NCBI GenBank assembly: GCA_000004695.1
Contig: CM000152.2
Location: 4,096,001-4,160,000, forward strand
Length of the DNA: 64,000 nt
Source: Dictyostelium discoideum
Lineage: Eukaryota
Direction of reading: 5' to 3'
In this document: one piece after another, positions 1 through 12,124 of the stretch
Numbering within the stretch: the first letter of the stretch is position 1
How the letters are laid out: every line of letters starts with the position of its first letter
Position numbers and translations under genes: made by a program
Notes under the pieces: model-generated
Told to the model about the DNA's origin: nothing
What the model saw: only the letters and a program-made list of their open reading frames with translations
Database searches by the model: none

Positions 1-628
1 ATAGGGTGGATAAAACATTTAAAGATTCATTTGATTTTCTAGTTAATGAACCATTCATAACATTGACAATACCATCAACTCTTTCAAGACCCAATGTTAA
101 AATGATTGAATTAACATAATGATAATCTTTATTTGTATCACCTGAATAGATTAATCCTGGCGTATCAACTAATGTAATACCAAACATCCATGTATTTTCA
201 GAATAATATTCAATATTGTAATGACAAACACTTTTTGTTTTACTTTGACCTTGTTTACGTGCTTGCTCTAATGTTGTTGATCGTAATTGCTTTGGATCGT
301 TAATTTGGCCACTTAATATATTAATAAATAATTCAATTGCTGTGGTTTTTCCTGATCCAATTAAACCAAATAATAAATAATTATAACGTTGACGATCACT
401 AAGTGAATTACGTGATTCTTTAAAAAATTCTTTAAACTTTTTATCTTGAATTAAATCAACATTAACATAATAATTAAATATATTTTGATTTGAATTCGAA
501 AGATTACTAAATGTTAAACTTTCTGATATTTTAATTTTCTTTGAACGATCTTTCCAAATTATTAAACTTTTTGTATCATTAATTTCTTCAACTTTCTAAT
601 AATAAATTAAAAATAAAAAAGAATTAAT

Positions 629-665
<37 letters not shown>

Positions 666-2451
666 TAATAATAAATACCCACACCTCCAATAAAATTTAT
701 TTTTGATGGATAACTAACATTATCATTTTCCCATACACCCTCTATTGTTTTTATTTGGTCAATATTACCATCTTGATATTTCAATATACCTTTACCATGG
801 CGTTTACCATTTAGACAAAATCCTTCATATTTTGAACCATCTTTATATTTATAAGTTCCTTTATAGGTTGGAAGTTTTTTATCAGTAACAGTTGGACCAA
901 TCCATCTACCGAATTCAGTTTCTGTAACTACTGAACCAATCATCTGTTGTGCATTTACTTTATTTTGTGAAACTGATGCTTCTGAACAAGGAATATCAGA
1001 ACTATTTTTAAAAAAAATGAATTTGAATTAGTTAATGAAATTTCATCATCACCACCAATAGTAATACTACTTACTTTAAAATATTTGTCATTGTACCTTG
1101 AATAAATTTAATTATAGAATCTTTTGTTACTTCTAAAGATGTAATTTGATATGAAACATCAGAAACTAATTCTTTAATATAGATTGCCATTTCATCATCA
1201 CCTAAAAATGGTGAAATTAATTTCTTGAATGCATCTAATTGAAGTATCATTTGTTGAAATTCCCAATAGAATGAACCAACAGATTTTAATTTATTTTCAT
1301 AATGATTTAAAGTTAATGGATCAATTGAAAGAATTGGTGTTACTCTTGGTGGTATTTTTGAAACTTCCATTCTTACTGGTACCAATCTTTCTGGATCAAC
1401 TTTAAATTTATTTATAACATCCATTGCTTCATCAAAATTTTTAACATCAGTTTTATCAATTAATACACTACCACCTAAAAGTACTGATGATGTTACTTTT
1501 AATCTTGATGTTGATGAACTATCCTCTTTATCAATATGACCTTTAACTGATAATGAAAGTGCTCCAATTGTAACACTTCCACTTAATTCACCTTTAATAT
1601 TTTCCATTTTTTTCTTATCTCTAATATTTTTTAAAAAAAAATAAAAATAAAAATAAAAAAAAAATATATATTTTATTAGCATATTTACTTTTTATAAAAA
1701 AAAAGAAAAATTAAAAAATAAAATTAAAAAAAAACAAAAACATACGAAGATTCTAATGTAATTTTTAAATCTAAAATTGCACCATATTCAATTTTACTTA
1801 TATAATAAAGACCATAGAATGATCTGAGTGCATCAATTGTTGTTATTTTTGAAATATCTTCTGCAACTTCTGATTTATAATCAAGTTCAACAATTTTATG
1901 AACAATCCTTCTTGTGTATAAAAATGTCATTCTTTCATTACTTGAAGTATTTGTATCAATATAATTACCCATTACTTTACCTGATATTAAACCATATGAT
2001 AAACTTAATTCTATAAATATAAAAAAAAAAAATATTAATAAAAATAATTGGAAAATTATTAGCACACAACTAACAATAAATTATAACAATACTTTAATAA
2101 CCTAATTTTAATTTAATACATACCACCCCCTACATCTAATGCAGCTTTTAATGATTCATTATCTCTAATTAATGAAAGATTATTTGAATCTGTTGATGGA
2201 AATGTTGATTTGATCTTTCTATATATTTTGTAAATGGAAAATAAAATAAAAAATATATGTGTTATTATAACAAATATTATGTGTATAAAAATAAATAAAA
2301 AAAATAAATTGATTAAATACTCTTTTTCGCAAATGAAAACTTGACCTTTTTTGGCATTTTCTCCATTTTCAATATTAAACCCTCTTCCTAAATCATTTTC
2401 TGTAATTAATAATGTATTTACACCTGCAGGTATTGGTAAAACTAAAGACAT
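1..2451 (-). CDS. Partial multi-exon gene whose 3' end runs off the left window edge. The C-terminal exon (about 1..596) encodes a P-loop GTPase-like domain (G1 GLIGSGKTT, G3 TLVDTPGL). Upstream exons lie at about 678..950 (one MORN-like repeat YEGFCLNGKRHGKG), 1071..1682, 1724..2065 and 2113..2451, with a putative ATG at 2449..2451.
   Basis: The reverse-complement translation of 1..596 is one open frame reading ...NYLLFGLIGSGKTTAIELFINILSGQIN...WMFGITLVDTPGLIYSG..., a TRAFAC-class G1 plus DxxG motif of the IRG/AIG1/Toc34 type. Minus-strand ORFs at 659..943, 1071..1682, 1724..2065 and 2113..2451 can be joined through gtaagt-type donors (for example tta aa|gtaagt at the end of 1071..1682) and AT-rich-AG acceptors in compatible phases. 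The internal exon boundaries are not fully resolved. Confidence 0.45.
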
Positions 2452-2848
2452 ATTTTATTATATATAAAATAACAATTATAATTCTATAAATAAAATTATA
2501 ATTAGGCTTATTTTAAAAAAAAAAAAAAAAAGTAAAATGAAAAAAAAAAAAAAAAGAAAAAAAATCAAAAAAAAAATCAAAATGAATTTTTTTCGATCAG
2601 TTAATCAATCTAGATATCATCTAAGTTTTTATTTGTGTATGGTTTGAAATTTAATCTACGATTTTTTTTTTTTTTTTTTTTTTTTTTATTAATTTTTTTT
2701 ATTTTTATTATTTTTTACATTCCAATAACTATTAAAAATCTTTTTTTTTTTTTTTTTATTTTTTTATTATTAATTTGTGTTTCTGTGTATTGGAATTTGA
2801 ACTTGATTTTTTTTTTTTTTTTATTTTGAGAATTTAATTACTTGATCA

Positions 2849-3499
2849 TCATTCTGATAAACCAATGGTAATACACACTATGAGCACTAACAATAAGAAC
2901 ATTGAAAATAAAATAACGGAAAAAATTGCAAGTCCACGGGCAATTCTACTTTTTGATTTTAAATAAATCACATTTACACTATATATTATAATTTTAAATT
3001 TTAAATATTATTTTTAGAATTTTTTTTTTTTTTTTTTTTTTTTATTATTTTATACATACATCCAAGGAATAATGAAAAAGAAACCAGCAACGAATAAAAT
3101 TACTGCCGGAATAACATGTTCTTGATTTTGTTTGTACAATGAATGATGATAGATTTCCGGTGGTGGTATAATATTTTGAAAATCCCCTAACCCATATTGT
3201 GGTTGTTGTTGTTGTTGAAGATGGTTTCCATTTTCACATTGGTTATTTGAATTTAATTGTTTTTGTTGAGATTGGGGAACGTTTGATGGAACTTGAGCAT
3301 AAACAATTCCATTTTGTAATGGATTTGGTTGTTGTTGAGGGAAATATTCTGGGGGATTATTTAAAAATTGTTGATTTTGATTTTGATTTTTTTTTTTAGG
3401 ATCATAAGAAGGGATAAATTGATTTAAACTTTTTTTGTTATAAATATTTTCAAATTCCCCATTTAATTTTTGTTTTTTTTTTTTATTATTTTTTCCCAT
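2849..3499 (-). CDS. Small two-TM protein, tandem paralog A. Minus-strand join(2849..2978, 3060..3499), about 189 aa. It has a Q/N/P-rich N-terminus with a PPEY motif, TM1 (...[10 protein letters not shown]), a phase-2 intron, then the conserved exon VNVIYLKSKSRIARGLAIFSVILFSMFLLLVLIVCITIGLSE.
   Basis: The ORF 3050..3499 ends ...IIPWMYV*, but the sequence tgg at|gtatgt is a good donor. An acceptor tatatag at 2979..2980 (plus-strand ct) joins it in phase to a downstream open frame that is conserved in all four paralogs. Confidence 0.6.
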
Positions 3500-3513
3500 T
3501 TTTTTTGATTTTG

Positions 3514-3554
<41 letters not shown>

Positions 3555-3878
3555 TAATAATAATTATAATAAATAAATATTTATATATAATTCAAATTAA
3601 ATAAATAAATAAATTATAAAGAAAAAAAAAAAAAAACCACACAAATTAAATCTCATAAAAAAAAAAAAAAAAAATTAATTAAATAAATTAAAAAAAAAAA
3701 TACAAGCACAAATGGCTATTTTTATATTCAATAATTTCCCACAGGCATTTAAAATTCAAACATATTATTTTTGAAGACCACCATTTCTACAATAAGATAT
3801 TGCTGTATTAATTTTTTTTTATTTTTTATCTGATTTTCTAAAACTTATCACACCACCTCACCCCCAAAAAAAAACAAA

Positions 3879-3919
<41 letters not shown>

Positions 3920-3946
3920 ATAATAATATTAATATGATATAATTTA

Positions 3947-4399
3947 TTAATCAATAGTTGCGATCCCCCAAAATAATAATATAAATAAAGTTGATAGGAT
4001 TATTGAAAATACTGATATTATGCTGAACAAAATGAATGACGCAATACTAAATCTTCTAGCTATCTTATTATTACAATTAAGATGAATAATATTAACACTG
4101 TGATAAAATTAAGATTTAATTAAATTAATATTTTATTAATATAAAAAAATATTTTATTAAATATAAATTAAATATATATTAATTTACCTCCATGGTATAA
4201 TAAAGAAAAATCCTAAAATAAATAAAGTTAGTGAAATCCATGCTTTTTTTTGTTCATTTTTAATTTTAATTTCTTCTTCAATTCTCATTGGTTGAAAATT
4301 ATTAAAATAAGAATTTTGTAATTTTTCATCAACTTCATAATCTATTCCATTTTTATTTATATTTTTATTTAAAATTTCATTTTCTTCAATAAATGCCAT
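3947..4399 (-). CDS. Small two-TM protein, tandem paralog B. Minus-strand join(3947..4097, 4188..4399). It reads [10 protein letters not shown]...[11 protein letters not shown] | [50 protein letters not shown].
   Basis: Exon 1 ends cca tgg ag|gtaaat in phase 2. The acceptor cacag|t gives AGT, then the conserved [10 protein letters not shown] + helix exon. The NNFQP(M/L)(R/K)IE motif is shared with paralog C. Confidence 0.55.
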
Positions 4400-4954
4400 A
4401 ATTATAAAAAAAAAAAAAGTTTTATAAATTTTTTAAATAGAAAATTAAAAAAAAAAAAATATTTTAATAAAAATAGGATTTTACAATTAAAAAAAAATAA
4501 ATGAATAAAAATTAATATAAAAATAAAAATAAAAAAAAAGTCTTAAATTAATAAGATAAAATGGTAGTTATTAAAAAAAAAAAATTTAATAATAAAAAGA
4601 GGTGGTAACCAAATTAGTGGTAAATAGTGGTTTATTATTTATATTTTTTTAATTTGTTGGGGTATCTTAAAAAATAAAGAAAATTTTAACTATGCAAGAA
4701 ATTAATTTCTCCCAAATTTGAAAACACTATTTGTTAAACAAATTGTTAAAAACAATTTTGATTGTTCAATTTTAAAAAAAAAAAAAAAAAAATAATGGGA
4801 TTTTAAACCTTTTTTGAGAAACATTTATTTTTTTAAAGAAAAAAAAAAAAAAACATTCAATAATATTTGATTTAATTAAATCACAAAAATAATTTATAAA
4901 AAATACAAATTTTATTTAAATAACTTTTAAAAAAATCATTATGATTTTTGAAAT

Positions 4955-5399
4955 TTATCTATCTTCTCTATGACTATTATGCAAAGATGTGATTAAAAAA
5001 ATAAAAAAAATTACAAAAATCACTATTATGGCTATTGATAAACTAAACAAAACTACTGATGCGATACTAAATCCTCTTGCCATTTTATTTTTACTTTTTA
5101 TATTAATGACATTTATTCTATGAATATAGTTTTAAAAAAAAAAAAAAAATTTATGGTTAAAGGGGGGACTTTACTTTTTAAAATCAATTTATTAATACAT
5201 ACATCCAAGGAATTAATAATAAAAAACCCAAAACAAATAAAACTATTGAACATGTAACTTGTCTATCTTCTTTATCATTTTTTTCAATTTTTAATGGTTG
5301 AAAATTGTTTGAGTAGGATGGAAAATTAACACCTTCATCATACATTGGCATAAATTGACCATGGTCATTATTATTATTTTCTATATCATCTAATGTCAT
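4955..5399 (-). CDS. Small two-TM protein, tandem paralog C. Minus-strand join(4955..5117, 5203..5399). It reads MTLDDIENNN...VLFVLGFLLLIPW | I INVINIKSKNKMARGFSIASVVLFSLSIAIIVIFVIFFIFLITSLHNSHREDR*.
   Basis: The donor tgg at|gtatgt at 5202 and the acceptor ttcatag at 5118..5119 join in phase 2, restoring an open frame through the conserved ARGFSIAS exon. Confidence 0.6.
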
Positions 5400-5871
5400 T
5401 TTATTTTTTTTGTAATATATAATTTATTTAATTAATTTTAATTCTTTTTTTTTTGTTTTTGAAATGAATAGAAAAAAATAAAAAAATAAAAAAATAATCT
5501 TTAAATAGAAAAAAAAAAAAAAAAAAAAAAAAAAGAGAGAGAAATTCAAATATATACAAAAAAAAATGAAAATATTTAAATATTAATATTTGATTACAGT
5601 TTTTAATTTTTTAAATACTCAAGAAAATTTGCTATTGTTATTTTTTGATAACGCAATTAATGAGGAAAAAAAAAAAAAAACAAAATTTAGAAAAGTGTGG
5701 TTAGTTTTGGTTTTTTGGGCAATTCTTTATTAATGAAGATTAATCTATTCAATTTATCTTTTTTTTATAATTGTTTCAGAATACAATTAAAACTTTAATT
5801 TCATTATTATTTATTTTTTTATGGTATGTACAAAATTATTAATATCTTTTTATTTAAATTTTTTTTTTTTT

Positions 5872-6553
5872 TTATCCAGAAACTGATGAAATAACTGCTA
5901 TAAATAATAAAAGTATGAAAACAAAAGTAAAAATAATAGATAGATTGGATAAAGTTCTTGCATTTTTATTTCTACTTTTGAGCTATAATAATAATAATAA
6001 AAAATAATTAATAAAACAAACAATTAATTATTTTTTTTTTTATTTTCAAAAAAAAAAATTAATAAAATAATTATATACTTACAAATTTAATATTAACAAT
6101 CCAAAATATAACAGTAAAAAAACCAAGTATAAAAAATATTAAAGCAAATATAAAATGTTGTTGATCTTCATTATCACCATTCCTAACTATAATTTGAGGT
6201 AGTTGAGTATCACCATATGGAATTTGTTGTGTTTCATCACCCTGTATGGTGGTTGTTGTTGTTTGAGAATAATAAGTTATATGTAAATTTTCATCAAATT
6301 GTGCAGGTTGATTATTAAATAAATCATGAGGTGGATTTAAAGGAACTGTATCATATTGATTATCTAATTTATTAATTATTGGTTTATAAATTTCTAATTT
6401 TTCATTTTCATTATATCCCACATTTTCACCTGTTAATATTATATTTGCTGGTTTTGAAATTGATTGTGATAATGATAAACCTGATGACGGTGGTGGTGAT
6501 GGTGATACTTCATTATTGCTATAATTATTTTCATTATCAATTGGTATATTCAT
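5872..6553 (-). CDS. Small two-TM protein, tandem paralog D, larger at about 197 aa. Minus-strand join(5872..5982, 6083..6553). It reads ...FALIFFILGFFTVIFWIVNIKF | LKSRNKNARTLSNLSIIFTFVFILLLFIAVISSVSG*.
   Basis: A perfect donor aaa ttt|gtaagt at 6077..6082 in phase 0 joins the acceptor ttatag|ctc at 5983..5984. The second exon carries the same K-x-A-R-x-(F/L)-S motif plus a hydrophobic helix. Confidence 0.55.
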
Positions 6554-7039
6554 ATTTTAAATTATCTGTACCCAAAACTCAGATTTTATATTTATATTAA
6601 TTTTTTTTTTTTTTTTTGTTTTTTTTTAAACCTCTAAACAAAAAAAAAAAAAAAAAAAAAAAAAAAATAAAAATAAAAAAAATAAAAAATAAAAAAATGT
6701 AAACACAACAACTCTTCACTCTGCACCTCTACCAGTGGAAATGTCAAAAAAAAATAAATATAAATTTAAAAAAATAAAATTGCCAAAAAAAAAGTCTGTT
6801 TTTTTTTTTTTGACATTTATTCTGGGTGTTTTAAAAACGATCACCACCATTCTCGCGAAAAATTTAAACAGAAAAAAGGATTTTTAAAAATATCTTTTTT
6901 TTTAAAAAAAAAAATAAAATTTGGTTTAATTCAAAGGTGATTTGTTTATTTGTTATTTTTTAATTTTTTTTTTTTTTTTTTTTTTTACTTTTTTTTTTTT
7001 TATTCACTTTAGTGAGTGAGGAATTTAAGAACTCTTAGC

Positions 7040-7071
<32 letters not shown>

Positions 7072-7173
7072 CGTTTCTTTAAACCAAAAATGGAAGTGTT
7101 CTAAAATTTTTTCGGTTTCTTTTTATTTTTTTTTTTTTTTTTTTTTTCAGGGTTCTTTTTTTTATCTTGGAAT

Positions 7174-7212
<39 letters not shown>

Positions 7213-7244
7213 GATTATAACAAATTTTGATTGAATTTTTTCAC

Positions 7245-7542
7245 CTAATTAAAGTTTTTCATTATTTCTCTCCATTCTTTGTCTGCTTCAACAAAAGCTT
7301 CATAAATTGTTTTGCTAATAATGTTACCTTCGTTGTGAATGGTGGTGACAATCTTAAATGCAGTATCCCAAAATTGAGAAGCTAAAGCCAAATCCTCTTT
7401 GATATTTGTGAAATTTGGGAAAATCTCTTCCAATTGTTCCAATGATAAATTCTCTAATAAAAGACCTTTAACTAAAAGACCCATACTTGAACTTGGTTGA
7501 AGGAAAAATGGTAATCTTTAATTAAATAAATAAACAAATGAA

Positions 7543-7582
<40 letters not shown>

Positions 7583-7895
7583 ATTGGTTAATATTAATAT
7601 TAATTGATTTTTTTTTTTTTTTTTTTTTTTGGAAAATAATTAAAGTCAAAAAAATACATACCTTGTTGAAAATGTAAAGTACTCTGGTGGTGGTAATACA
7701 ATTCTATGAGTTAAAAAGTGAGATAATGCAGTCATTTCAATAAAATTTCTTAATGATTTGTAAAGAGTACGTGTAATTTCATGGAAACCCATTAAATCAT
7801 GATCAATTGGTCCACCCCATGGTGTATTCTTTTTTATAATATTAAAAATTAAAATAGAATTAAATAATAATATTAATATTTGTAATAAACTTATT

Positions 7896-7957
<62 letters not shown>

Positions 7958-8690
7958 AATAATAAAAGGTGGGAAAAAAAAAAAAAACTTACATCCAATT
8001 GACTTGGAATTAAACTTAAAACTCGAGAGATTATGAAAACAGATGGTTTTGAAGGTGGACCATCAAAAGTTGGTTTTGGAATAAAATTTAATCTTTCAAA
8101 AGTAAAAGAACCAGATCTTAATAATTCAATTAAAAGTAAAGTTGGTTCTTGTAATTTAGTATTTGAAACATTTTCTAAAAATTGACTATATTTCAAAGTT
8201 TTCTTTGAGGGATCATTACTAACATTATTGAAATATCCCATCATACTCATAGTTTGTGCTAATGTTATAAAAATACCTTCATTAATATCTCTAATCTAAA
8301 ATTTATAATTGAAAAATATTAATAAATTATTTATTTATTATTATTATTTATTATTTATTATTATTTATTATTAATAACTTACTGGTGATAATTGTTCAGG
8401 TGTATATAAAGTATCAAAATATTTTGAAACTAAGCCAAATGAAACAGCACTACCAGTACCTGTGTTTTCCTTAGCTAAATTTTGAATTGTTGTAATAATA
8501 TCAGATGGTACTTTAATGTAACCATTTGTGAATTCTTGATATTCATGTAAACTTGTAGTATGTGGCATATCAAATTCTTTTGGTTCGAACCATCTAACTG
8601 TTTTCTATAGGAATATAATAAAAATGATAAATAAATTAATAAATATTCTATACTATTTTAATCTATATAATCTATATAATCTATATAATC

Positions 8691-8742
<52 letters not shown>

Positions 8743-9019
8743 TTTACAACTGGTTTATGTTTTAAATCATCATTTAAACAAATTGAAAGTAAACCTAAAG
8801 TTTTTGTTCTAACATTCTTTAAATAATCCAACATTTTACAATACTCCTCTGATTCAATAGTTGGGAATGGTTCTGCTAAAACACCACTAATAAAATTATT
8901 GATAACTTGCGGACTAACTACACCTTGTGAAATATAAAAATAAACATCATTTGGTAATCTTGGTCCAAAAATTTGATTTAAAAAGTATGGTCTATATAAT
9001 ATGTAATTATCATAATAAT

Positions 9020-9061
<42 letters not shown>

Positions 9062-10308
9062 TATAATTTTCATAATTATTTGTATTATTGATATTAGTAT
9101 TTTTCATTATCTTTTCATTTCTGTGATTTGTTTAAAATTTTGAACAAAAAATTATAAATATATATATACCTATAATAAATATCTTTGAAAAGTGGTTCAC
9201 AAACATTTGATGAATAAAAGAGTAAATGATTATGAACTAAACATTTAGTTTTAATAAATTGTTCCATATAATTTTCATATTGTGGACTCATTGGTGGTAA
9301 ATAAGCTCTAATTGTTTCAATACCATTATGATAAGCTTTAACCATATCACAAACAGCTATTTATTTTTTTTATTTTTTTTTTTTACATAAATAACATATA
9401 ATAATAATTAGTAAATAAATTAATTAATAAAATAAATAATAAATAATAAATAATAAATAATAAATAATAAATAATAGATTACTTTTAAATGTACAATCTC
9501 TTCCTTGTGGTGAATTTAAGAATGGTAATTGTTGACAATATTCAAAACCACATAATAAACATGCATCAATGAATTGATCATGAGTTATACCTAAATCATA
9601 TAAAATTGATTTTAAATCTACCCAAGTGTATGAACCTTTTTCATAATCGATATCAGTGATTAAACGGTATACACCATATAATAATAATTCTTGTGATCCA
9701 TAAACTGCATTCAAATAATTCTTTTGGGATGGTTCTGAAAATAATGCTAATTGTGGTCCTGCAAAATATGGTGCTTCAAAAAATTCAATACCTTTTTGTT
9801 TAAAATATTGAATTATAAAATGTATGAATGATAATAATAAATTCTTTTCTATAATATAAATAAAATTATAATTATAAATAAAAAAAATATAAAAAAAATG
9901 AGTTAGTGGTGTGTTTATTGTTGAGATGTTGTTGTTTTGTTTTGTTTTTTTTTTTTTAATAACTTTTTTATACATACCAGAATCTTGAAAACATTTTTCA
10001 GCAGAAGAATATTGTGCTCTATAATAAGCATCCCATGCAGTTGATAATTTTTGAGAACGTTGATTAGTTTGTGCGAATCTTTCTTTTAATACACTAAGAC
10101 CATTGAATAAAAAGAATGGTTTAATATTTGCTTTTTTAAATTTATTTAATTCTTTTTCTAATGTATCAACTAATGTTAATGGTAAACCACCCATTGTTAT
10201 TTGAAATGGTTCTTGAACTGGTAATTTTAATAACCATGGTTTTGCTTCAATACCAATTCTGTAATCACTTAATACATCAATATTTGATGTTTTTGTATTT
10301 TTTTCCAA
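7245..10308 (-). CDS. Eight-exon gene of about 720 aa, an XPG/FEN1-fold MKT1-like protein with the catalytic Asp replaced (IKPFFLFNGL in place of a PIFVFDG-type site, and IEFFEAPYFAGPQLA in the XPG-I position). Minus-strand join(7245..7515, 7662..7828, 7993..8295, 8383..8604, 8748..9120, 9170..9356, 9483..9791, 9978..10308).
   Basis: All seven introns have gtaagt/gtatgt/gtaaat-type donors and AT-rich AG acceptors. The exon lengths sum to 2163 nt (721 codons) with every phase consistent. XPG-N-like and XPG-I-like motifs are present, but the assignment to the MKT1 family is from memory of motifs only. Confidence 0.55.
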
Positions 10309-10437
10309 AAATTCTAATAAATAATAATAAAAAACAAATAATAAAAAATAATAATAATAATAAAAAGAGGAGAGTTTGATATTAGTAAGATTAATTATAT
10401 TGATATTTATATATATATCTAAGTTAAATTTTATATG

Positions 10438-10484
<47 letters not shown>

Positions 10485-10975
10485 ATTACCATATAGTTTT
10501 GTTTTAAACATTTTTTTTTTTTAAAAAAAATTATTTTTATATAAAAAAATATAAAAATAGTTTTATTAGACAATTACTGAAAAAAATATCCTTTTTAATA
10601 TATTTTTTAAAAAATAAATTTGTGAAAAAAAAAAAAAAAAAAAAAATTAAAAAAAAATGAAATGAAAAAAAAAAAAAATAAAAAAAAAAAAAAATAAAAA
10701 AAAAAATTTTAAAATAGGGTCACTGATGATCACCACAAAAAAAAAAAAAATAAAATTTTACGAATTTCATTTTTGTAAAAAAAAAAAAAAAAAAATTTTT
10801 TTTCAATTTTTTTTTTTTTTTCATTTTTTTTCAATTTTTTTTATTTTTATTTTTTTTTTTTTCCTATTGTACGACGACATTATTTTTTTTATTATAAAAT
10901 ATACATATTTAGAAAATAATAATAATAATAATAACAATCTACAACAAATTAAAATAATAATAATAATAATAAAAA

Positions 10976-12033
10976 ATGGATATTGACGAACAAATTATTC
11001 AAGATTATTCAAATTCAAAATTAGATGTCGTTCAAATTGATGGTTTAGTTGTATTAAAAATCATTAAACAATGTAAAGAATATTTACCAGAATTAGTTCC
11101 AGGTCAATTATTAGGTTTAGATATTGGTACAAGTTTAGAAGTTTCCAATTGTTTCCCATTCCCACCACGTGATCAAGAAGATGAAAATAGTGAATCAATT
11201 GCAGATTATCAATTAGAGATGATGAGATTTTTACGTGAAGTCAATATCGATTCCAACACTGTCGGTTGGTATACACCAACTTATCTCAATTCATTCTTTA
11301 ATGAATCTGTCATTGAAACTCAATATAACTATCAAGCAACCATCAATCAAAAATGTGTTGTAATTGTTTATGATCCAATTAAAACTTCACAAGGTACACT
11401 CTCCTTAAAATGTTATCGTTTAACTCAATCTTTTATGGAATTATTTAAAGATCAATCTTTTTCAAGAGAAAGGTATATTATTATTATATTAATAATTTAT
11501 ATATATATATTTTATTATTTTTACTAATATAATTAATTTATTATTATTATTATTTATTTATTATTATTAGATTAGATCAAGCAAATTTAAGTTTTAATGA
11601 TATTTTTGAACAAATTCCAATTAAAATTCATAATTCACAATTAATTAATGCACTTTTATATGAATTTGATGGTGCTTCAAATAATTTGACAAATAGTTTC
11701 GATAGATTAAACATTAGCAATAATATTTATTTAGAAAAAGTCGTTGAAGGTATGACCGATTGTCTCGAATCATTGAATCAAGAATTGAATAAAGTTTATA
11801 TCAATCAAAGAAATATTCAAACTCAAAAGACTAACTACATTCAACAAAAGTTTTTAGAAGGTCAAAAAGTAGATGAAGATGAACTTGCCTCCATGATCAA
11901 ACCACTCAATCCACCTTCAAAATTAACTTCCCTCTTACTCACTAATCAAATCAATAACTATACCGATCAAATTCACTCTTTCAGTGGAAATAGTCTCACT
12001 AAATTAAGTTTATTAAAAGATTTACAAAAATAA
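10976..12033 (+). CDS. eif3H: Translation initiation factor eIF3 subunit H (MPN/Mov34 domain). Plus-strand join(10976..11472, 11571..12033), about 319 aa.
   Basis: The protein reads VQIDGLVVLKIIKQC...LEVSNCFPFP...YQLEMMRFLREVNIDSNTVGWYTPTY...VIVYDPIKTSQGTLSLKCYRLT, near-identical to the conserved core of human EIF3H. The donor ag|gtatat is at 11473 and the acceptor tattag is at 11569..11570. The second exon (SFNDIFEQIPIKIHNSQLINALLYEF...) matches the EIF3H continuation. Confidence 0.8.
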
Positions 12034-12093
12034 ATTTTTTAAAAAAAATAAATTAAAAAAAATAATAAAATAAAAAAAAAAAAAAAAAGAAAA

Positions 12094-12124
<31 letters not shown>

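Noticed and set aside
2635-2829. ORF-track entries lying in poly-T/poly-A runs (2635..2829, 7016..7234, 12053..12355, 13121..13342, 17313..17549, 19742..19927, 25569..25848, 26398..26868, 33581..33763, 51313..51558, 52438..52665, 56796..57035, 59181..59462).
   Set aside because: They translate to F/K/I/L homopolymer strings from A/T runs in intergenic or intronic DNA. They have no splice context and no complexity.
3961-5960. Short plus-strand ORFs inside the tandem array, such as MAIDKLNKTTDAILNPLAILFLLFILMTFIL at 5030..5131 and [21 protein letters not shown] at 4020..4085, that also look like conserved TM peptides.
   Set aside because: They are the reverse complement of the conserved second exons of the minus-strand paralogs. 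Only the minus-strand reading is connected by in-phase gt...ag introns to the upstream ORFs and keeps the K-x-A-R-G-F-S-I-A-S motif in all four copies.
8585-8600. GGTTCGAACC resembling a tRNA T-arm.
   Set aside because: It is palindromic and sits inside coding exon 5 of the MKT1-like gene (it encodes WFEP), and no acceptor or anticodon stems lie around it. I found no convincing tRNA anywhere in the window.
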